IMG/VR virus record: IMGVR_UViG_3300035183_000733
Location: 62,001-126,000 of that record
Strand: one strand, 5' to 3'
Length of the DNA: 64,000 nucleotides
The stretch's first letter is position 1. Each line of letters begins with the position of its first letter. This document shows positions 58,048 through 64,000 of this stretch, piece after piece. The notes under the pieces were generated by a model. The model worked only from the letters and a program-made list of their open reading frames with translations. It made no database searches and was not told the DNA's origin. The position numbers were made by a program, and so were the translations under genes.

Positions 58048-58488
58048 TTAGTTTGTTCCGGTTGAACCGAAAGCTCCGGCGCCACGCTCGGTTTCTGTGG
58101 ATATGTCGCTCGACTCCTCAAGTTCGCCCATCCATACCTCTCGCATAACAAGCTGCGAAATCTTGTCCCCTTTTTTTATATGGACATCTGTATCAGAGTT
58201 GTTAAAAAAATGAATATGTACAGTGCCACGATAATCACTATCTACTAATTCTGCACCCTTACTCAATTTCTTTTTCGTTGCTACACCTGATTTGTTATAG
58301 ACTGCAAGGTCCCAACCAAAGGGAATATCAAAACGTATGTCCAGTGGTATAAGTGCATCACCACGTCCAGGTACTACAATGTCTATAGGGGAGAACACAT
58401 CTAACCCAGATGAACCAACAGTACCTCGCACTGGAGCTTTTGCATTCTCGGTCAATAATTGATATTTTAACTTCGGATATTTTTTCAT
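58048..58488 (-). CDS. dut: dUTPase (trimeric)
   Basis: SSGLDV, KSG, VDSDYRG, GDKISQLV, RGAGAFGSTG. Confidence 0.93.
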   Translation of the reverse strand: MKKYPKLKYQLLTENAKAPVRGTVGSSGLDVFSPIDIVVPGRGDALIPLDIRFDIPFGWDLAVYNKSGVATKKKLSKGAELVDSDYRGTVHIHFFNNSDTDVHIKKGDKISQLVMREVWMGELEESSDISTETERGAGAFGSTGTN

Positions 58489-58500
58489 GATATATAGTTT

Positions 58501-59238
58501 ATGAATACCTCTATAATATACATGCTGATAGACCCTGTTTCGGATGAAGTCAAATATATTGGAAAAACTAAGAGGACACTGGCTAAGAGGCTGGAAAATC
58601 ACCTATACGAACTCAAGTATAATACTAAGAAAGTAAATTGGATAAAATCATTAAAGTCTAAAAATTTAATACCTTTTATATTTGAGCTGGACAGAGTTCC
58701 AAATGAAGATGTAAATTTTTGGGAAATACATTACATCTCATTATTTAGAAGTTGGGGTATAGAACTATTGAATGGCACGCCTGGTGGAGACGGACTACCG
58801 CTCGGATATAAACATTCAGCAGAAACTAAGCGCAAAATAGGATTAGCATCTATTAGAACAAGGGCGGGCAAACAAGCCACGGATACAGCGAGATTAAATA
58901 TGTCTATCGCGCACAAAGGTAAAAAACACTCCGAAGAATTTAAAACACATATTTCCAATTGTAACAAACTTCGCAAATTAAAAGGCGAATATAAACCGTT
59001 GTCTAATGAGCACAAATTAAAATTGTCCAATTCCCTAAAGGGTCGTAAGGTACATAATAAGGGTAAACCTATGTCTACCGAGCAAAAATTGAAATTAAAA
59101 ATGGCTAACCTCGGAAAACGATGGTTTAATGATGGTACAAATAATTACTTAATACATCCAGAAAATTCGGCCATGCTCATAAAAGGAAGGATAAAAAAAT
59201 ATGGCCCGAAGGAAAAATCCTCCAGGCCCCCGCGATAG
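58501..59238 (+). mobile_element. Free-standing GIY-YIG homing endonuclease with NUMOD3-like repeats
   Basis: IIY...KYIGKT...R..NH, E..YI, N.TPGGDG, HSAETKRKI/HSEEFK repeats; AT-rich; opposite strand to its neighbours. Confidence 0.88.
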
Positions 59239-59252
59239 CTTGCCAAGCTATT

Positions 59253-61667
59253 TTAATTTGCTGCAGTGTGTTCCTGCGTGCTGTTGTTCTTGATGAAGTC
59301 GCGAATCTTAGACTCGAGCGGCGTGCCCTTGATTGTCTCCATAAGGCCGTCAAAGCTTCCCTTAGCGAACATATCGCCGAGGCCGCCGTTCTGCACCTTG
59401 AGGTTCTTTGCGAGAGTCTCGGTGAAGCTCACTGTGGATATAGCCATCAGCGCCTCGACCATTTTCGGATCAACGGCTTTAGCCTTCTCGACAGTCTCGT
59501 TAACGCGAATATCAGACTCTGCCTTGCTAACGAAAAGCTCCTGGTCGGCCTCAGCCTTCTCACGAGCGAGCTTGCGCTTGGCTATCTCGTCGAGACCATC
59601 CTGACGGTTCTTCTCATCGTTGAGCTTAGCGAGCTCGTTCTTGGCCATCTCCTGGATCTCCTTGAGCTGGATCTCATACTTGAGCATGTTGGTCTTGTTC
59701 TTCTCCTCGATCTGCTTCCTCATTATCTCCTCGGTCTTCGTGGTGTATTCAAGTTCCTGCTGCTTGCTCTGCATATCGAGGTTGTGCTTGACGGTGTTCT
59801 GCTGTGCTCTCCTGAGCATCTCAGCGATACCGGAATCTCCAATCTCTATGTTGAGAACCTCGACGTCGTACACGACCATGCCGTTCTCTTCAAATGTGCG
59901 ACCTGGGCGCTTGCTGTCTTCGTTCTTGCCGAGGATGAGGTCGCGGATTATGTCGGTAGCCGAAAGGTTGAACTCCTCGATCGTCGTTTTCTTGACAGCG
60001 TTGCGCACGACCGAACGTAGGTGCTGTGTGAGCAATTTGACGTAGTTCGATACGCTGAACCACTTCTTGTTGTCCCCGTCGAAATTAACTCTGTAAGAAA
60101 GGCGGATGCTAACGTTGACCGCGTCCTTGGTCTCCGCGTTAATTACGTCGGATACTATGTTGTTGTCGGTCTGTAAGTATACCGTGCGGAACAGGGTGTT
60201 GTCGGTTTTAGGCTTGCCGGTCGAGAGCGCAAGAACTTCGAGTGTCTCATCGAAATCAAGCAATGCAACCTTAGGTCCTTCCACAACCGAGCGCTCGCCG
60301 GTCTTCTTCACTATCTGGACCGCGTAGCCCGGCCACACGTTGATGCAAATAGCCCCCTCGTATTTTGTATCGAGCGTGATAGTACGGGGCTTGGTGAACT
60401 TCTCGCTGCGTTGTAATTCGTCTGCCACGGCAGAGAAACGCACGGTGCTCTTGGCGCGCAAGTCTGCGGTGCCATATTCGGCGAATAAGCCTGTCGGACC
60501 TTCCGAGCCGCTGATGCCCTGCGCTGCCTTCATGCGGGAATTGTAATCCTTCGCCTCGTGATTGCCCGGGAACCAAAGGTCAACCGTTCTGTCGTCGAGA
60601 ACCCTCTTCACAATAACTTCCTTGCGTGGATCCGGCAACAACATGCTCGGCCCCTTGACGGTCTTAACCTCGCCGGTGCTCTTGTCGAGCATGTACCTTG
60701 CCTCACCGGCAGGAACGGCCACCGCGTAGTGCACGACTTGGTCTCCGTATTTAATGATAGCGTGTTCCGGGCGCGGGAAGTAAATCTTCTGCTGCTTGCC
60801 TGTTATGAATAACTCGTCACCGGACTTGTAGTCTTCGTAGTCTGCGATCACCTTTACATAGATGCCCATGTTATCGTTCAGCTCGATGGCTTTGAACTTG
60901 GTGTTGCCGTTCTGCTCCACAAACGTCTCTGTCGGTTTAGGGAACACAACGGAAGGCCCTTCAACGAACCGCTTGTCGCCGTTCTGATCGAGTAGTATGC
61001 AGTACTCAAGACGCTCGAGAGTGACGGCTTTCCTCACGTACTTGCCGCTGTCGTTATCCTTAAGCACCTCGATACCGGTCGGTGGTATGTAGAACGACAC
61101 ATCCGTACCTTTAATGATGAAGAGCTTGCCTATCGCAATGTCCTTCTCGTTTATCGTTGTCGTGGAATTCTTCTTCTGTTCCTCCGCCTCATCGTTGGTC
61201 TTGATGATGGCATTCTTCAGATTCTTCTTAGCGGCATCCTCGTTGTATACGCGGACGAGCAGATACTCGTTGCTCTTAAGTTGGTGACCTGGAATTACGT
61301 TACCAATCTGTCCTGGGAACAGGGCCATTGTGTAAGGTCCCGGGATATTGATCTTGTGACCGATGTAGAGGTCCGGCGACTGCTGCTTGCCCTTGATTGG
61401 ATGTTGGATATTATCGCCCTTGTTCGGGTTGGTTAGGACGATGTACTCGCCCTCGTTTGCTGTTGGGAAGGTCTGTATCGCGTCCATCGCTGTGGATGCC
61501 CTGTGATACCTTCTTTGATTCGGGTCATAAGTTACCGGCTTGTCTGTGTCTGCGAGACTTATCTTGTTTGGTCCCACTATCACATCGACCTGACCGCTTG
61601 CGCCGTCCTGCACGTACACGAATGTGCCCTGTGCCAGAATGATGTCGCCTGTTCTTTCGTTACTCAT
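59253..61667 (-). CDS. Major vault protein (MVP) homologue
   Basis: Repeated vault-type units (V.D..SG.V.VIVGP; LLDQNG.KRFVEGP; LDKSTGEVKTVKGP; KTGERSVVEGP), LSTGKPK, shoulder/SPFH-like domain, long C-terminal coiled coil. Confidence 0.85.
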   Translation of the reverse strand: MSNERTGDIILAQGTFVYVQDGASGQVDVIVGPNKISLADTDKPVTYDPNQRRYHRASTAMDAIQTFPTANEGEYIVLTNPNKGDNIQHPIKGKQQSPDLYIGHKINIPGPYTMALFPGQIGNVIPGHQLKSNEYLLVRVYNEDAAKKNLKNAIIKTNDEAEEQKKNSTTTINEKDIAIGKLFIIKGTDVSFYIPPTGIEVLKDNDSGKYVRKAVTLERLEYCILLDQNGDKRFVEGPSVVFPKPTETFVEQNGNTKFKAIELNDNMGIYVKVIADYEDYKSGDELFITGKQQKIYFPRPEHAIIKYGDQVVHYAVAVPAGEARYMLDKSTGEVKTVKGPSMLLPDPRKEVIVKRVLDDRTVDLWFPGNHEAKDYNSRMKAAQGISGSEGPTGLFAEYGTADLRAKSTVRFSAVADELQRSEKFTKPRTITLDTKYEGAICINVWPGYAVQIVKKTGERSVVEGPKVALLDFDETLEVLALSTGKPKTDNTLFRTVYLQTDNNIVSDVINAETKDAVNVSIRLSYRVNFDGDNKKWFSVSNYVKLLTQHLRSVVRNAVKKTTIEEFNLSATDIIRDLILGKNEDSKRPGRTFEENGMVVYDVEVLNIEIGDSGIAEMLRRAQQNTVKHNLDMQSKQQELEYTTKTEEIMRKQIEEKNKTNMLKYEIQLKEIQEMAKNELAKLNDEKNRQDGLDEIAKRKLAREKAEADQELFVSKAESDIRVNETVEKAKAVDPKMVEALMAISTVSFTETLAKNLKVQNGGLGDMFAKGSFDGLMETIKGTPLESKIRDFIKNNSTQEHTAAN

Positions 61668-61736
61668 TAGTCTCCAACACTTTGTACTCGGAGTTTGGGT
61701 AATCCACTAATACCTTGTATCGTTCTTCTCTGAAAA

Positions 61737-62180
61737 TCATGCGAGATGCCTTTCGTCTTTGTACACCGGTTTCGGTTTGTTATTGTGAGTCCACAGACGT
61801 GCGAATGGCGTATCGAAATAATCGTTATACCTCATGGTGTCGTCTATGTGGAAATCGATACCGTGTTCCTTACAGTAGTCCCCCTTCGCCCTGTCCCACA
61901 GGATGTTGTCCTGATCCTTGTCGCCAGTGTTGATCCACGGGTGGTCGGGGTTAGGGTCGTATCGCATTGGAGTACCCGAGTTGATGTGGTGATCTGTGAT
62001 GCTGAACTGGTGAGTCCACTTTATGCCGAGATCTCTGAGCTGCTTCTCGATGTCTTCGTTCCACTTAGAACCGGTCATAATGTGCACCTCGTGCCCGTTA
62101 TCAACGAGCAATGTCGTTAGCACCGAAAAAACTTTGGGCAGCGCATCTATCACGCCATGAATGTCGAATCCGAACTTCAT
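61737..62180 (-). CDS. HAD-superfamily hydrolase-like protein
   Basis: FGFDIHGVI, IMTG, K...C, HIDD. Confidence 0.7.
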   Translation of the reverse strand: MKFGFDIHGVIDALPKVFSVLTTLLVDNGHEVHIMTGSKWNEDIEKQLRDLGIKWTHQFSITDHHINSGTPMRYDPNPDHPWINTGDKDQDNILWDRAKGDYCKEHGIDFHIDDTMRYNDYFDTPFARLWTHNNKPKPVYKDERHLA

Positions 62181-62527
62181 CTGAACCTCCTTAATTTACT
62201 TATAGATTTGTAGTTTGTCATTATCAAAACGAACATAGATAGTGCACCAATTATCAGGAACACCCAACGCAGCCAGGATACATAAGGGGCCCACCCTGCA
62301 GTGGTAATATCCGGTATCATCCAGCACACGTTCATCAACAGCCAGCAATTGGTGGCTACTGCAACGAGCACCTTGATCAGATGGTAGTCCGCGTGCCAGA
62401 ACATAAGCATGGTCGAGTATACTGTCGGCACTATCAGTACGGCCGCGAGCGTATCTTGGTCGGACATCCAGCAGACGTCCATCAAGAACCATAGTATCGA
62501 CGATATGTCCTCAATCAGTTTCTTCAT
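62177..62527 (-). CDS. Four-TM membrane protein
   Basis: Internal duplication W.LM.VCWM; hydrophobic. Confidence 0.7.
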   Translation of the reverse strand: MKKLIEDISSILWFLMDVCWMSDQDTLAAVLIVPTVYSTMLMFWHADYHLIKVLVAVATNCWLLMNVCWMIPDITTAGWAPYVSWLRWVFLIIGALSMFVLIMTNYKSISKLRRFR

Positions 62528-62658
62528 GCGTTTATTCCCCTTGCGTTTAATTTCTTGATAACAATCTTCTCCTCATCGCGTAGCTTGGCGGCCTCCTCGT
62601 ATTTTTGATTGCGCATTGTGCGGTTCTTTTCCTCCTTTATTCTGCGCAGCTCGAGCAT
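62524..62658 (-). CDS. Stand-alone UVR (UvrB/C, ClpC-type) coiled-coil peptide, 44 aa (not in ORF track)
   Basis: MLELRRIKEEKNRTMRNQKYEEAAKLRDEEK...; overlaps both neighbours' stop/start codons. Confidence 0.65.
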   Translation of the reverse strand: MLELRRIKEEKNRTMRNQKYEEAAKLRDEEKIVIKKLNARGINA

Positions 62659-63575
62659 CAGGTCCTCGATTTCTTTGTCGAGTCTATCAAGCTCGGGTTG
62701 CTTCTAACCGCGCACACGGGGATAGCCACCATCTTGTGACGGTTGGCCCTGTTTCTCGTTCTGTATATGTCGAGCACTTGCTGCTGTCTGTCAGTCAGAT
62801 CATGTTCGAGAGGCTTCTGCATTCTATCGGTCTCCTCGTAATCCATGGCCCACTCGAGCTCGGCATACGTGGCGCCGATCTGGTCCTCGTCCGTGCGGCC
62901 GTCGTCCCAGAGGCCGTCAGTCGGTCTCGCATCCTGTATCTCGGAGATAATGCCCAGGCACTTGGCCAGCTCATAAACCTCGGTCTTGTTGAGGTCGGCT
63001 ATCGGGCTTAAGTCGACCCCGCCATCTCCATACTTGGTGAAAAAACCCACGCCGAAATCCTCGATGCGATTGCCGGTGCCTGCAACGAGCAACTTATGCT
63101 TGGTCGCCAGATAGTACAGGGCAGTCATCCGCATGCGGGCCCTCGTGTTAGCCCTCGACAGGAATTCGGTCTCACGACCTACTTTCTTCTCCAGTCCATT
63201 GTACGGTGAGTTGGGGAACCTGGTAGTGAACACGGAATCGATGTCGTTAAGCGCGAGCATGAAGTGCTCGTACACGCTGGTGAGGTCGTAATGCACGACG
63301 TCAATATTATGCACGCGCTGTTCCTCCGAGATCCTTACAAGGGAGTCAATGTGCTTGTGTGCCCGCCTGACTTCGTCGGTCTTCTGCGCTATTGGCATGA
63401 CAACGCACACGGTGCGCAACCCTGTCATTGAGCACAGCTTGGAAACTACAGCAGAATCTACTCCGCCCGATACTCCGACCACGAAACCGTTCACGTTGGC
63501 ATTGGTAGCATAATCCTTTAACCACTTAACTATGTGGTTTGCCACCGCCGGCATTTTTAAAACTTTACCGGACAT
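62658..63575 (-). CDS. nadE: NH3-dependent NAD+ synthetase
   Basis: GVSGGVDS, NTRARMRM, GTGN..E, GFFTKYGDGGVD, PTDGLW, DEDQIG. Confidence 0.95.
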   Translation of the reverse strand: MSGKVLKMPAVANHIVKWLKDYATNANVNGFVVGVSGGVDSAVVSKLCSMTGLRTVCVVMPIAQKTDEVRRAHKHIDSLVRISEEQRVHNIDVVHYDLTSVYEHFMLALNDIDSVFTTRFPNSPYNGLEKKVGRETEFLSRANTRARMRMTALYYLATKHKLLVAGTGNRIEDFGVGFFTKYGDGGVDLSPIADLNKTEVYELAKCLGIISEIQDARPTDGLWDDGRTDEDQIGATYAELEWAMDYEETDRMQKPLEHDLTDRQQQVLDIYRTRNRANRHKMVAIPVCAVRSNPSLIDSTKKSRT

Positions 63576-63984
63576 TATCTGAATTTATTAGTTTCACCAT
63601 TGTATACGACAGACCGAAATCCTTGGCGACCTCGCCTATCTTCTTTGTTTTACACGCTTCACGAATCTTGGCGTCTCGCTGCTGGCGCTCCTTGGGTGTG
63701 AGTTTCTTCTTCTTGTCCTTGTGCACACCATTGCTGTGCCAGATGCTGTACACGTAATCCTTGCACAGTCCGTGCTTGTCTGCCGTGTACTGTGCCGAGA
63801 ATCCGCCGATCTTGCCCATCTGCACGATGTTCTCGTCGCGGTATCTCTGCGACTCCTTGAACAGATTGTACCCGAGGTTGGATTTTATCTCCCTCATAGT
63901 TTTCTCTCCGTACTTGGATGTGATGCCGCGGTACCAGGTTTTCCATGTTCGGTCGATGCCGCCCGGGTTTTCCTCGGACTTCAT
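63565..63984 (-). CDS. Hypothetical protein with C-terminal HTH
   Basis: RDAKI....KIGEVAKDFGLSY..VKLI. Confidence 0.6.
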   Translation of the reverse strand: MKSEENPGGIDRTWKTWYRGITSKYGEKTMREIKSNLGYNLFKESQRYRDENIVQMGKIGGFSAQYTADKHGLCKDYVYSIWHSNGVHKDKKKKLTPKERQQRDAKIREACKTKKIGEVAKDFGLSYTMVKLINSDNVR

Positions 63985-64000
63985 GTTCTCGTTGGACTTT

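Noticed and set aside
511-60020. Long opposite-strand ORFs (511-1122, 19013-20029, 22732-23844, 41399-42469, 49678-50646, 53405-54394, 59268-60020)
   Set aside because: They lie antisense to well-supported genes, have no motifs, and are expected from the C/G-ending codon bias
1-64000. Stop-codon reassignment
   Set aside because: Core genes are full length in the standard code and all three stops end genes; the breaks seen are frameshifts, not in-frame stops
1-64000. tRNA/rRNA genes, introns and inteins
   Set aside because: No cloverleaf with a T-loop and CCA found in intergenic gaps, and no insertions in the conserved enzymes; by-eye search only
1-64000. Apparent abundance of CTCGAG/GTCGAC palindromes as evidence of modified DNA
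   Set aside because: Plausibly a product of CTC-GAG and GTC-GAC codon pairs; needs a codon-aware count that I cannot run

Overview
This is a 64-kb segment of a large T4-like tailed (probably jumbo) dsDNA phage, read in the standard genetic code and mostly on the - strand. The host is most likely a Bacteroidota, judged from TAnnTTTG -7 promoter boxes, A-rich SD-less starts, a DUF4494-like gene and host-like clpP, lemA and nadE. Core functions include a gp23-like major capsid protein, a gp21 protease fused to a repeat scaffold, UvsX, a gp45 clamp, a two-subunit topoisomerase II, an NAD-dependent ligase, RNase HII and dUTPase. A family-B DNA polymerase is split into two genes about 36 kb apart. 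A cluster of Ser-Gly-X collagen-like fibre genes lies at 2.3-12.2 kb. Most notable are: (1) a full-length Major Vault Protein homologue (59253-61667); (2) a 36-nt, type-VI-like CRISPR-style mini-array whose first repeat is the 3' end of a small gene (28346-28502); (3) about 10 unrelated late proteins sharing a T4 capsid-targeting-like leader (K-x-F-x-x-F...NE), i.e. a putative injected cargo set; (4) a GATATATA late-promoter motif; (5) three candidate structured RNAs; (6) bestrophin, MBD4-like glycosylase and NadE auxiliary genes; and (7) many frameshifted small accessory genes beside intact core genes. All calls come from motif recognition by eye; no searches were run.
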